This document shows positions 47,016 to 60,028 of a DNA stretch of 64,000 nt, piece by piece (the stretch's first letter is position 1; every line of letters starts with the position of its first letter). The DNA is from Laetmonice hystrix (taxonomy: Eukaryota). The notes beneath the pieces are model-generated. The model saw nothing but the letters and a program-made list of their open reading frames with translations, ran no database searches and had not been told where the DNA came from. The position numbers and the translations under genes were made by a program. The stretch lies in contig OZ249439.1 in the NCBI GenBank assembly GCA_965235115.1, positions 21,452,001 through 21,516,000 of the forward strand, read 5' to 3'.

Positions 47016-50000
47016 ATGGACTTTGATGACTCGTTTGATGAGATAGATGAGAACTTGCTCCGTAACCTTCCCCTCGATTTCCCATTGGATGATGATGTGG
47101 TCGAGACGAGTACAGAGACAGACAGTGGTATTGGCTCACATGATGCAGGTACACTCACTAACACTTGGCAGCATTTTATGTTTCACATTTTTGTGTGGTT
47201 GTGGACTACTTTAAATTCCCGACACAAAAACCAAGGTTAGACCTACTGGTACATCTAGGGTGTGCTTGGGACTACCTCTCTGAGATCCTTAAATAGTATG
47301 CTGGTAGTTTTCATCATGAGTAACAAATAATAGATGAGGCCCTGAGAGTGGATGTTGAGCTGAGTGATGACAGCCATTGTGATTCAACCACCTTTGTGCT
47401 TGTTCTCCAGAGCCAGTGGTTGACGTGCCCCATGAGTTTCCATTCCCATTCCAACCGTACGACATTCAGGTTGGATTCATGCAGAACATCTACCGCAGCC
47501 TCGAGCTGGGAAAGATCGGAATCTTTGAGAGTCCGACTGGCACCGTGAGTAACTTTGATTGTCCCTTCTATTTCTGATGTTTTCACATTCAGCAAAATTC
47601 GAGGTATAAATCCATGTTCTGTCTGCAGGGCAAGTCTTTGAGCCTAATCTGTGGTGCGTTGACATGGTTACGTGACTACGAGGAACGCCAGCAACAAGAA
47701 CTGGAGCAACTCATCCAGGAGCAGGCGACTCCCCTGCTCGTTGGTCCCACGACCAAAAGGGTGACTGCACCCAGCCAAGGTCAGGGGTCAAGGACAAATT
47801 CTGCAGAGAATAGGAAGTTTGTTAAATGTGGATTGGTGTCTGCTATAAATTTTTATTGTGTACTGCAGATGAAATATTGAGTAGAAATCAGAACAAACGT
47901 GTTACTCTGTTAATTCATTGTTCACTAATAGGGTGCTACTTTTGTGACAGGAGATGACTGGATTGCTGCATTTGCCAAGAAGAAGGAAGAAGATGAAACG
48001 GCCAAGAAGTTGCAGGTAAGGGTGGAGTGGATGTTTTATCTTTACCTTTAGTACGGAGCTAATTTAAAGGTAAAATTATCTTTACCTTTATTACTGAGCG
48101 TACAAAATCACTTGCAGCATTATTGGCATTGATTAAATGTATCACCTTTTTTCATTACCTAGGACAGCTCTAGTCTGATATCATCATAAATTTGATGTAA
48201 CCGATCCAAATCGAAACATTTCCTTAAGTTCCTAAAATTTGGGAATTGACGAATAATGAGTATTGAGCAATAAACGGTTCTTTCATCAGGAAGAGCGTGA
48301 ACAGAGGCTTAAACGGGAGGCAAGACTGAAAGAGCTACGCAGTAATCTACGGCCAAACCCAAGGTTCAAGAGAAAGGTAAACCTTACCTACGAGCAGTGC
48401 CCTGTCTTTAATTACAGGCCACAAAACTTATTTAGAAAGTGCAGGTTATTAACTGACTGTGTGTTGTGTAGGATATGAAGAAGTCTTAAATGTCTAACCA
48501 GTGCCCATATTCATTTCCAGAGGCAAACACTGGACGAAACCTTCGATGAGCTGTTCAAAGATGCCCCAAAAGATCTGAAGGAAAAGTTGAGCTCAGAACT
48601 AGAGAATGGCGAGAATGTAGACTCGGACAGTCTTGATGACCACATTGTTGTAGCAGAGTACCTGAGCGAAGATGAGGTAACAAAAGATGACTCGAGCGAG
48701 GATGAAGATGACGAGGAAATGCATGTAACCAAGGTAACCATAGCCAATTGTTCTAGCCAGGATTACCTAGCAGGTGGGAGTAGATGTCATCCAAGTTATT
48801 CTGGAAAAAAAATCCTCCTTTGGAAAAGCAAACAACTATAATATTGATTCCAATGTGAATAAAACCCCTAGCAATTTCTGGCTGTGTTTGTCCCCAGGCA
48901 CTGCACAAATGATGCACACTTGGCATTTTGGAAAATCTTGAAAAAGAAGAAACAGTAAAAAGACAAAACTGCAGATAACCAGAGTAGGACCTTTTATTGG
49001 CCCTGTATTTTGCACAAACTGACTTGAAAGCCAGAGACAATTGGTCTATTTCACTTGTACAGATATACTACTGTAGCCGCACCCATTCCCAGCTGGCCCA
49101 GTTTGTAAGAGAGCTACAGAAGAGTCCGTTTGGTGATGATACTCGCGTTGTCACGCTTGGCTCCAGGCAGGTGAGGATTGGGCTTAAACAACCAATTGGG
49201 ACATTTGGCTTGGTGCTCAAATAAATGCCCAAACATTTATTCAAGGATAAATGTTGGTCAAAAGGGATGGGCCTTTATTCAAGCTTGAACACCTACCATG
49301 GTAGGGCTAAATTTTGTAGAAAAGGGTGCCCTAGTATAAGGATCAAAGTTGGATGAGCAATCAAATTTGTCACATTTGTATTTTGTCACTGATAGCTTTG
49401 TAGGTGGAACACGGCAGATCATGTCAAATTATCTTCAGATTGAAGGGATTTAATCTTTGCAGAAAGTGTGAAACAAATTATGAGAAATAGAATCTGCCTC
49501 TTACATTATGTAATGTACCTTCTGACTGTGAACATATTAGTTATTCTGTGCATGTTTGTCATGACCTCAGAACCTGTGTATAAACGATGCGGTGAGGCGA
49601 TTGAAATCTCTGAGTCTTATCAACGATCGCTGCCAGGAGCTCCAGAAACACCGCAGTGGTCAGTGATACTGATTAGATATTTAGAACTTTTGAAGCAGAT
49701 ATGCAAGCTTGTAGAAATGAATCGTTTATGATAAGCACTGACTCGAAGGCAGTGTCAAAAACTGTAGGAAGCAGGCGTTATCTGCATAGAAGTATAGCAA
49801 TAAACTTCAGTGGAGTCTTCAGTCTTATCACTTTATATTTAAGGTGTTTCAAATATTCAATTCTTTTTGACAAAATACACCAAAGCATTATATAAGAACT
49901 GTTTGACTGCTCCAGAACCTAAGAGGAAGAACGGGGAGGCAACGGCCAAGAAGAAAAAGTCTGTTGGCGGCTGTCCCTTCTACAAACAACAAAATCTCAC

Positions 50001-53000
50001 TGACTACAGGGACAGGGTACTAGTGAGTACAGCCAAAGACTTTAAATTGTGCTTAAAATTCTGCAATAGATCGAAGGTTCTTTTCACTTCAGTGGAATTA
50101 ATATACATGACAGATTATACAATACTAATTGAACGCCTGAGCTTCTACAATTACTGATTGTGAATTCTGTGCAGAAACTTCTCTAATGTTCCGATATGAT
50201 CAAAAGTGGTATTTGTAGAGAACCATATGACATGGCTCTCGACTCTAATATATCTGTTTAATTATGACCTTTGTGTGTTATTAGGTTGAAGTGAAGGACA
50301 TAGAGCAACTGGTGACATTAGGCCGACATACCAAGGCCTGCCCTTACTACGGCACCAGGGTCTCCATACCCATGGCACAGGTAACAACTCTTATACCCAA
50401 CCAAAACCCTTACACGGCACCAGGGTCTCCATACCCATGGCACAGGTCACAACTCTTATACCCAACCAAAACCCTTACACGGCACCAGGGTCTCCATACC
50501 CATGACACAGGTAACAACTCTTATACCCAACCAAAACCCTTACTACGGCATCAGGGTCTCCATACCCATGGCACAGGTCACAACTCTTATACCCAACCAA
50601 AACCCTTACTACGGCACCAGGGTCTCCATACCCATGGCACAGGTAACAACTCTTATACCCAACCAAAACCCTTACACGGCACCAGGGTCTCCATACCCAT
50701 GGCACAGGTCACAACTCTTATACCCAACCAAAACCCTTACACGGCACCAGGGTCTCCATACCCATGACACAGGTCACAACTCTTATACCCAACCAAAACC
50801 GTTACTACGGCACCAGGGTCTCCATACCCATGGCACAGGTAACAACTCTTATACCCAACCAAAACCCTTACTACGGCACCAGGGTCTCCATACCCATGGC
50901 ACAGGTCACAACTCTTATACCCAACCAAAACCCTTACTACGGCACCAGGGTCCCCATACCCATGGAACAGGTCACAACTCTTATACCCAACCAAAACCCT
51001 TACTACAGCACCAAAAATCGCACAGATAACCCTGAAAATACTGATAAAAACGCGGTTGAAATGATTAAGATGTAGATTGCCTGTCACGACTAGTGATTTA
51101 TGAGAAAGCCTTCAAAAGTTGAAGAAAGTCATGATATATTGTGTAAGGTGTTTATGCCAGCTTTGATTGTTTACAGGTTGTGGCACTACCGTACAACCTA
51201 CTCCTTCACAAGTCGACACGGTCGGCATGTGGCATCAAATTGAAGGGAAACATTGTTGTCGTGGACGAGGCTCACAACCTTATAGAAACCATCAACAATG
51301 TGCACAGCATAGAGGTGACAGGAGCACAGGTAAGAAACTTTTATAGTTTACCTCAATTTTTCTTTATGAAAAAGAGGAAACATTTCTTTGTTGTCTTATG
51401 GAGCTCAATTACTTAAATTGAAAAAAGAAAATTGATTCTTTCACCTATTTTATGTTGATGGTGGAAATCGCCCTAATTCTGCATGGTCTCACACTCTGAA
51501 AAGAGGGCTAAGGGTCATGAAACGTTTACCACATTGCATCATGATTAGGAACCCCTAACGGTTTGATTGGGTTATTTTGGCTGCAGGTTATGTGTGCTTA
51601 CTCTCAGCTGACTCAGTACATGGACCGGTACAGGTCGAGACTGAAGGCCAAGAACCTCATGTACATCAAACAGATCCTCTTCATCCTCTCCTGCTTTATC
51701 AAGTCTCTCGGAGGTTAGACAAAAATAAATTCGTGGTAGACATACAGTAACATGAAAATCAGTGGACATTAGGAATACGGAACGCAGTTGGCTCGGTTGG
51801 TTAGGTAGAGGCAGTGGGTTTCTTTCACTGACCTCAGCCACTGTAATTTAGCATCTAATATTCCTTGTAAGCGTTTAGGTGTTGACAAATTTACAGTAAC
51901 ACTAATTGTGACTCTGGACGTACTCTATCCAATTTACTGTATCACTAATTGTGACTCTGGACGTACTATCCTATTTACTGTATCACTAATTGTGACTCTG
52001 GACGTACTATCCTATTTACTGTATCACTAACAGTGAATTGACTGGTCTACTGTAGGTAAGCCCGGCATGCCTGCAGACAAACAAAAGATCGGGAAGACTG
52101 AGACACGATTACAGACAATCAATGACTTCCTCTTCGATACCCAGTTAGACAACTTGAACCTCTTCAAGGTCATGAAGTACTGCCAGCGGAGCCTCATCTC
52201 AAAGAAGGTCAGTTATTACCACAACAAGGCTCAGTGGCAGTGCACCGTCTTACGGAACAATCACAGCATTTTGATGAACATCACGAGAAAGTTGTCTGAT
52301 AGTTGTCAGAAAGTTGTCCTCAGCCAGGATGTTGGCCAGTTTGTGAGCCCCTGGTTTAGCCTACTTTGCATGGTTTAGGAAAACAAGCATTAGTTTACTT
52401 ATTTTTCCTCATTCACTTACTAACGGTAGTTATATTCTTTATTTATGTGGTCAGAGTGGTAGCTATAATGGTCGTGTGTTTGATTGCAGCTCCATGGGTT
52501 TGTTGAGAAGTATCAGCCAGGAATGGTTCAACCAGGTGAGGAGGCCTGTGTTACACTAACTTTAATCACAATCAGAATGTCACAGTCCATGTACAGCTGT
52601 ACATGATTAAAACAACCTCTGATTTATCAGTAAATGTTAAACATCATTGTCTGATCTTTAGGTTTGGATAGAAAAATGAAATGACATCCAACCAAGTCAG
52701 GCATTAAGAAATAAATGTATTCCAGCAATTTAAATAGTTTGATATGTGGTAAAAAGAGAGAATTTACATTTGCACTTTTTGATTTGTTTTGAAGTTGTCG
52801 AGAAGAAGAAAGATGAGGCCCCCACCTGGGCGTTAAGCAAGTTCCTGAAGGAAATTAGCCAGGACAACACCTCACCCCGCTCCTCGCCGACAAGTGAGTC
52901 CCTCCTCCTGACATGTCACTTCTCATGTCACATCCTGAAACATTCTTGTGTCACAATGGCAAGGAGCTCAGTACCCGCCTCCAGATTTAAAAGTTTCTTA

Positions 53001-56000
53001 CTTTTTGCCATAATATTTTTTTTATATTTATAGACATGTTCTCATCTTATCTTACAAACCACTGAAAATAACCCTAACAGCTTTATTTTATCTGATAACA
53101 TGATAATTTGTGATGATTTACAAAATGATAAATATGTAATGTAAAGCTGTTTGCGATTGTCATCCTCCAGAGGAGAAGCAGGAGGTGGAGGATGCAGAGG
53201 ACGCCTACTCAAGTTTCTCATCACCACTCATGCACATCGAAGGATTCCTTGAGGCTCTCACCAACGCCGACAAAGACGGAAGGATTGTTATAAAAAAGCA
53301 AGGTAAAGGAACCCGTCTGGGGCACTTTGTGAAAAACTGGGGGGAAAATAGATTACTTTTTTTACTGTAAAGCCTTTATTTAATATTTTTTAGAATTTAG
53401 TTAACCTGCGCAGAATGTTGTTTTCTGTGTTTTCAGACATGTTGAGCAAGTCGAGCCTGAAATTCCTGCTGCTGAACCCGGCAGTCCATTTTGCTGACAT
53501 CCTCTCTGAGGCACGGGCAGTCATTATGGCAGGTGGCACCATGCAGCCGGTCAGTAGGCCTATATCTTGTCCTCGTTTGGGGTTTGGGTGTATGGGGTGT
53601 GGGGTAAAGACTGAACACTTGGTGTAAACCAAGGTCACTGGTTAGTGAGGATGTTGTCTCGGGTTGGTTCAGAACATTTGGTGTAGGCCAAGGTCGTTTT
53701 GAAGGTCACAGACAGTGTAGTATCATGTTCGTTTAACATTTAAACGGGAAGGGAAGGCTTTTTACTCAGTTTTAGGATGGCTCTTCTAACTTTGAAGACT
53801 TAATGTGAATCCCAAATTGATTTCCGTTCTGTTGAACATTTCAGCTCTCAGAGTTTAAGGAGCAGTTATTCTTTGCTGCGGGTGCTGACCCAAGTCAGAT
53901 CCTGGAGTACTCCTGTGGTGAGTACTGATAGAGAAACTCGCTATTTATTTGTGTTGGATGAATGCACCATATGCAATTCCCCTATGGCACATGGCTATGG
54001 CTAGACCTTTATTGCTCCATCTTCTGAAATTTCCAGAACTCTGAAGTGTTTTTGCTTCGCCAAGGTTAACTCTAAATGCCAATGTGTCTGCCACAGGTCA
54101 CGTGATCCCAGCCGAGCAGTTGTTGCCGTTGGCCCTAGCACGTGGATCATCTGGGCTGGAGCTGGACTTCACCTACCAGAACAGGGATCTCCCACAGATG
54201 GTGAGTGAAAAAGTTTCTACCTTGCCAGTGTTTACCAGGTGAATAGAAGGTCATGTGTTAATCATTACATGTCAGGGAAGGATTTTGGCTAGGTGAGTAG
54301 GGATGCCTGATCAGAAAGGGATCTTACTGTAATAAATGTATTTCAAAGCCACTTAGTTTCCTGAGTGAAGCGGTGAAGGGGGAATTTAAGATTTGTCTGT
54401 AGAAGCATTACAGGTATTGACATTATAATGCCAAACATTGTGCCAGATACCCTCACACGCCACCTGGCCGATAAAAACGGCACTTCGCAGGCCAATAAGG
54501 GCCTCTGGTGCCATCTAGCGGAAATATTTTGACACTGCCGCGATTGCAAATGGTGAACCTTTACCGACAGGCGACACCATTAGTCTGACTGCGTGATTAC
54601 GTAATGCCAATCAAGGAAAAGTCTAGAATTAAAATTCAGTTGTTTGAATGATTGAATACCAGAGCTAGGCCTACTTACTTTAAGGTGGGGACGGGGGGGG
54701 GATATCCAGATTGTAATATTAACAATAGGCAGCTACATTAGATTTGCGTGCTGTAAAGGTTATACATGTTCAGCCAGGTAAGATCAATTGCAAATTGGGG
54801 TCCACAGGATAAGATCATTAGTCATAACCTGTGAGTCTGGCTCTATTGATCGAGACTCCGTGGAGTGGTGGTAACGCCCACTCGGAGGTCAAGAGTGACC
54901 AGATGACATAGATATAGAACCTCGCTGTCACTCCAGCGTCTCTCCACGCCCCGCCCACTGCCGTGTGGTCAGGTGACGTCATGACGGTCACAGCGAGGCG
55001 GAGGTCACCAAGGCGACGGCCTCACTGTGCCCTCGCTCACCTCGAGGTCGCGACTCGGCCACCGACCGCGAGTGACCTGGATCACACGACCTGACCAGGT
55101 GACTGGTCGCTGACCTCATTGACCTCAGCCGAGATCAGGCCATGGTGACCATTGAGGGGAAGGGGGGGGGGGTCGTGCGCAGACATGGCAGGCAAGAGGA
55201 GGTCAATAGAAGACCATGGCGTGAACCACATTCACATGGCAATGGGAAGGGGTTATAATGCGCTGGGCCATTGCTTTGTGTGTGTGGTCAGTTTATGCCT
55301 CCCTACCCGCCACCCCTCTATGTCTCAGCCAAGTACGACCGTCCGGTAGGACTGGGTGATCTGATGGCGCGTCCTCTTGGCTTGCCGACTCACCTGAGAG
55401 TTGAAAAATAGGCCTAGCTGATTCCCACAAAAAACGGTGTAATATATTAGTAATATATACATTAATATCGGCCTGCCTACGGGCAAAAGGTTCGATATCT
55501 TACCGCGAACATGAAATGAATAAGGTTTTATTTATAATCAATTAGTATATTCTGCTGTGAGATTTCCTTGTCGGACCGTCATGCTGTGAGCAATAATCGT
55601 GTAATCCCCGACAACCATGTTACGGTGTGGTGTTGGTTGATTCCATTGTTGATGCGCAGCAGACTATGTGAGAATTCTCCCCAATTTGGACATTCCTCAG
55701 TGGTGACAATCCCTCGAGATTTAGGGTCGGGATTAGTGGCAGGGGTAGGGCCAGGGGTAAGTAATATCTTTTAGAGGAAGGCCTGAGGAGCAAGGTTTGA
55801 GACTAGGATTAAGGCTAAACATTATGATAGACTTTTAGATCATTACCCCCCCCCCCCCCCCCGTCGAAAAAAAATCGTGGTGATTTGACCATGGGGTTCG
55901 ACCCATAAATCGCACATAAGCATTCCAACTTACCCCGGCTGTCGAGTAGACTCGCCCGTGTTTGGAGGTCACTAAAGGTAAGCGGCGCTAAGATTGACCA

Positions 56001-58879
56001 CCCACCCGCTCGCACAACGTGATGTGCCTATTTAATTAGTCAACGCTCTGCATATGACCTTTTGACATCATGGCTGGAGGCGGGTCCTAGTCTCTTGACC
56101 GCCCCACTCCACCGGATCCCCAGGAGGGATAAAGCGGAAATAATTTCAGGCCCGTAGCCAGAGGGGTCGGGGGGGGTCGCACGACCCCCCCCCCCCCCTC
56201 CCCTTGCCCATCCCTACGATTTTGTTTCACCCTTTAGTGCTGGATAGGCTCTGGGAAACCTTGGATTTATTTCCCAGATGCCAGGAAAACGCGTATTTGG
56301 CCCTGTAATTTCTATATGTTCTGGCGGAGGGCCCCCAGACCCCCCACTCATGTCCTCGAGCCTTCCCTTTCTCCTGGATCCACCCATGACTGCCCCTCCC
56401 CCCCCCCCCCCCCACCTCCACTCAGAAATTTCTAGCTACGGCCCTGTCCTAGACCGCCCAACCATATCCTGTTCCGCCCATCGAAGTCCAGACCCCCCCC
56501 CCCCCCCACACACACACACACACACTCCTGGAAGGCTGGCTACGGGCCTGAATTTAGTCCCTGAAAATTCCAGGTGAAATTCACAAATTTATAACACAAG
56601 AAATTTAGGGTTATTTTAATACGAATTCCGCGGCACAGGCCGCCCTCCCTCATGCTCTGGCTGAGTACAGTTGTGGGGATGTTTCTTGGTTTTCGTAAAA
56701 AAAACCAACCAACTTTCTATTGATCGTGATTAAACTCTCAGAAGGTCCAACATTGTGGGTAAACATTAATTTCCCCGACTTTGTGTGTTGGCTGGCAGAT
56801 GGACGAGCTAGGCCGCGTCGTGTATAACGTTTGTAACGTGGCACCAGGGGGCGTGGTATGTTTCTTCCCGTCCTACGAGTACGAGCGCGTCGTCTACCAG
56901 CACTGGGAGAAGGCCGGATTCCTGCAGAAGATGTGCGCCCGCAAAAAGGTCGGCTTGACTTCCCATATGGAAAAGACATTTTTAGGAGATCTTTCAGTAC
57001 ATGTACATCCTATGAAAATACATCGTAGTTTTAAAGTTGGAGTTGTGCCAAAAACATAGCTTAATCAAGGTTGTAGGCATAACCAATTTCTTTGTGATTT
57101 TTGATAGTTGTAGTTGTTGGTACATTTGAATGATACATTTATTGACCTGATTGATTTGTTGATAGGTTTTTCGTGAACCAAAGCAAGCTAGTCAAGTGGA
57201 TCATATTCTGACAGAATACTCAGCATGCATACGGGTAAGTACAGGGCAACGCTGCTAAAACGAAATCAGATGAAAGAAATAAAATATAAGAGTACGATAG
57301 GTAATGAAGTAAAGAAATGATATATTCTAATATATAATTAAACATATGGAAGGTGACCGTTGTGAAGATTCAATGTCTGTGATGTGATTGGTGTTCCTTT
57401 TGTTGGTACCACAGAGGTCAGCACAGGCCAAGTCAGGGTCACTGACTGGAGCGCTGCTGCTATGTGTGGTAGGAGGAAAGATGAGTGAGGGCATCAACTT
57501 CTCTGATGAACTCGGAAGGTACGGCCTTTCTCTCTACCTCTTGCCAGTCCATACATAGCATTAAAATGGATTTTTAGTTAGTAGGAGTAAAAATATCCAT
57601 TGAAATATGGTGGTGATGGGGAAGCAGAATTTCCAGAAATCTGACTTTTGATTCGTTTGATACGAAAGTATAATGGCGTGTATCTCCTACAATAATGTAG
57701 GTGTGTTATCATGGTCGGCCTGCCGTACCCAAACCTGCGATCTCCTGAACTGAAGGAGAAGATGGACTACCTGAACGCTAATATGGCACGGCTTCCGGAT
57801 GGCAGGATGCCAGGACAGCTGCACTATGAGAATCTGTGCATGAAGGCCGTCAACCAGTCCATAGGTGAGACTTCTCCTCCTCCTCCTCGCCCCTTGTCCT
57901 CCTCCTACTCCTACTCCCCCCCCTTGTCCTCCTCCTACTCCTCCTCCCCTTCCTCCTACTCCTCCCCCTTGTCCTTCTCCTACTCCTCCCCCTCCCCCTA
58001 CTCCTCATACTCTTCTTCCTCCCCCTTCTTCTTTGTCTTCATCTTCTATGATTGATAGATTAATGTAGACACGAATAAGATATTTAATGCCAGCTTCCGC
58101 ATTCAAATATATGTAATCGTCTATCAGTTGTTCCCCCACAACCCAACGTGTTGCCCTCGTCAAAATCCCAATTCTACATAAACTTCCAAGTCTGGTATAA
58201 TTATAATATTTTTGTCTGCCATGGTAAGCTCTACCTGTACATGAGTAAAATAAAATGAGTGGGTCTCGCTCTGAGCGTCAACCTATGTGAGAACTTGTTA
58301 TTTGCCGAGCCACCGTAACAGTTTCAGTACACAGTATTTTATATCCTGTGCCAGGGCGGGCCATCCGTCACAAGGGCGACTATTCCTGTATCCTGCTGCT
58401 TGACCACCGCTACCTCCGGCCCAGCATGAGACTCAAACTACCCGCCTGGATTGGGGACCACCTGCGGGCCGTTGACCGGTTTGGGCCTGCTTTCGCTGCC
58501 ATGAGAAAGGTGCGCCAATGTGTTTTTCTTTCCAGAAGCCTTTATATTGTCAAGAAAAGGATCTTACTTTAGGCCCCCAAAAATAAATAAATAAGTTCCC
58601 CGGTTTCTGGTATGCCCGCGCATCATTTATGGAGCAGCACATCGATCCTTTTTTGTTCTTGCCCTCACAAAAGATCTATGAATGAGGTCTTTGCCCTCAC
58701 CCAGCATGCCAATGTGAATTGTGCTGCCACCTAGCGTTAAGGCTTGAAAATACACTTTACATGATAATTCTTATGAGGCTTACCATTTCAGTCAGCTGTG
58801 ACCCAAAACTAAAGCTTGCCTTATTCTGTTTTATTTGTAGTTCTTTGCGGACCAAAAACCGCCGGTATCCAAAAGCTGA
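47016..58879 (+). CDS. DDX11: ATP-dependent Fe-S DNA helicase DDX11/ChlR1, 25 coding exons
   Basis: Exons 47016-47148, 47411-47544 ([18 protein letters not shown]), 47629-47779 (GKSLSLICG), 47951-48015, 48290-48376, 48521-48733, 49063-49170 (YCSRTHSQL), 49571-49658, 49916-50022, 50285-50380, 51177-51329 (DEAHN), 51587-51713, 52056-52207, 52490-52535, 52795-52893, 53171-53302, 53437-53549 (AGGTMQP), 53845-53917, 54097-54200, 56799-56948, 57166-57234, 57415-57518 ([10 protein letters not shown]), 57701-57864 (AVNQSIG), 58355-58509 (RAIRH), 58841-58879. All four Fe-S Cys present (NLC, DRC, GCPF, ACPYY). Confidence 0.97.
50341..51012 (+). repeat. 65/66-bp minisatellite made of the DDX11 exon 10 end plus intron start, ~10 copies
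   Basis: Unit CCCTTAC(T)ACGGCACCAGGGTCTCCATACCCATGGCACAG|GT(A/C)ACAACTCTTATACCCAACCAAAA. Confidence 0.97.
51900..52030. repeat. 41-bp tandem repeat x3 in DDX11 intron
   Basis: CACTAATTGTGACTCTGGACGTACTATCCTATTTACTGTAT. Confidence 0.9.
56147..56550. mobile_element. MITE with CAGGCCCGTAGCCAG TIRs
   Basis: CAGGCCCGTAGCCAG ... CTGGCTACGGGCCTG, flanked by direct AATTT; internal poly-C tracts and a second CTACGGCCCTG-type end near 56447. Confidence 0.85.
57872..58030. repeat. C/T-rich (CCT)n low-complexity tract after a DDX11 donor
   Basis: Direct reading. Confidence 0.9.
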
Positions 58880-59841
58880 TGTAGCATCATGTCATTTTGT
58901 GACGACATTAAACCTGGTGTATGACGTCATCAACCTACACCAAGGCCTGAAGTGAGGGCCTGCAGTATCTCCTTGTGAAAAAAAAACAGTCAAGGTAGAA
59001 ACCAGGCAGGCACTAGGATAAGTTACAGATTGGTGAAGAATTACTTCAATGCGTTCCTAATATAAGACAAGTTAAAATGTTCAGAGTTATGAACTTGTTT
59101 CAACGTTGCTCTTTATTTATTTTCATAACTAGATCACAAAGTGTGTACTAGGTCATAGCCGCTGGTCGGAATCACTTATTAAATTAATGTTTATGGATGA
59201 CGTTCAAGTACCCCCACAGCAGTATAATCCGTGACGTCAGAAGCGATGTCAGAGATGTAATCCAAATGTAATTTATATGTAACCACCAGGTAACTTGGCA
59301 TTGTAACCACCTACACATGCTGTGGTTGAGGGATGTGTTAGAGATGTTTACGGTGGTTAGGTATCCGGTAAGGCAGTGCGCCATGTCAAAGGCGCCAAGT
59401 CACAGCGGGTGCGTGGTTGATCTGCGCCATGTGACCCACAGTGATGACGTGTGACCTATAACTGCGCCATGTGACCTCTAGCGGGCCGACCCAAGGCACA
59501 GTGACGCCATAGGTTTGATATTATCGTCGGTGATTATATTGGTGATATAAATTATAAGAGGTGAATGCATTGAGCTTTCCTCAAGTGACTACAAAAGATA
59601 AACTGAGAGAGGAGGATGAAGCTTTGAATAGAGGACATGCGTAAACCACGACTGTTCCATGATTGGTGAGTTTCATGACGTCACAGGATACGCCGGTGTT
59701 GACGTCATAGTTTCACTGACCACCTGCTGTACAGGTCAGCCAGCTGCATGGGGAGGCAAGTGACTGACGTCAATGGCGAGATGCTATTGGGCTGTCATGG
59801 ACTTGGGAATTTGAATCTGGTGTCAGCATACGGTCAGCATA

Positions 59842-60028
59842 CAGTGGGCACCGGATCTTCGGCTTGCAGTGGGCACCGGATCTTCGGCTTGCAGTGGGCA
59901 CCGGATCTTCGGCTTGCAGTGGGCACCGGATCTTCGGCTTGCAGTGGGCACCGGATCTTCGGCTTGCAGTGGGCACCGGATCTTCGGCTTGCAGTGAGCA
60001 CCGGATCTTCGGCTTGCAGTGAGCACCG
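59842..60028. repeat. 25-bp minisatellite, 7.5 copies
   Basis: CAGTGGGCACCGGATCTTCGGCTTG; six identical copies, then a G>A variant in the last 1.5. Confidence 0.97.

Noticed and set aside
2780-56520. Many 10-17-nt poly-G/poly-C runs
   Set aside because: Mostly inside short MITE-like repeats; lengths are error-prone and no independent signal.
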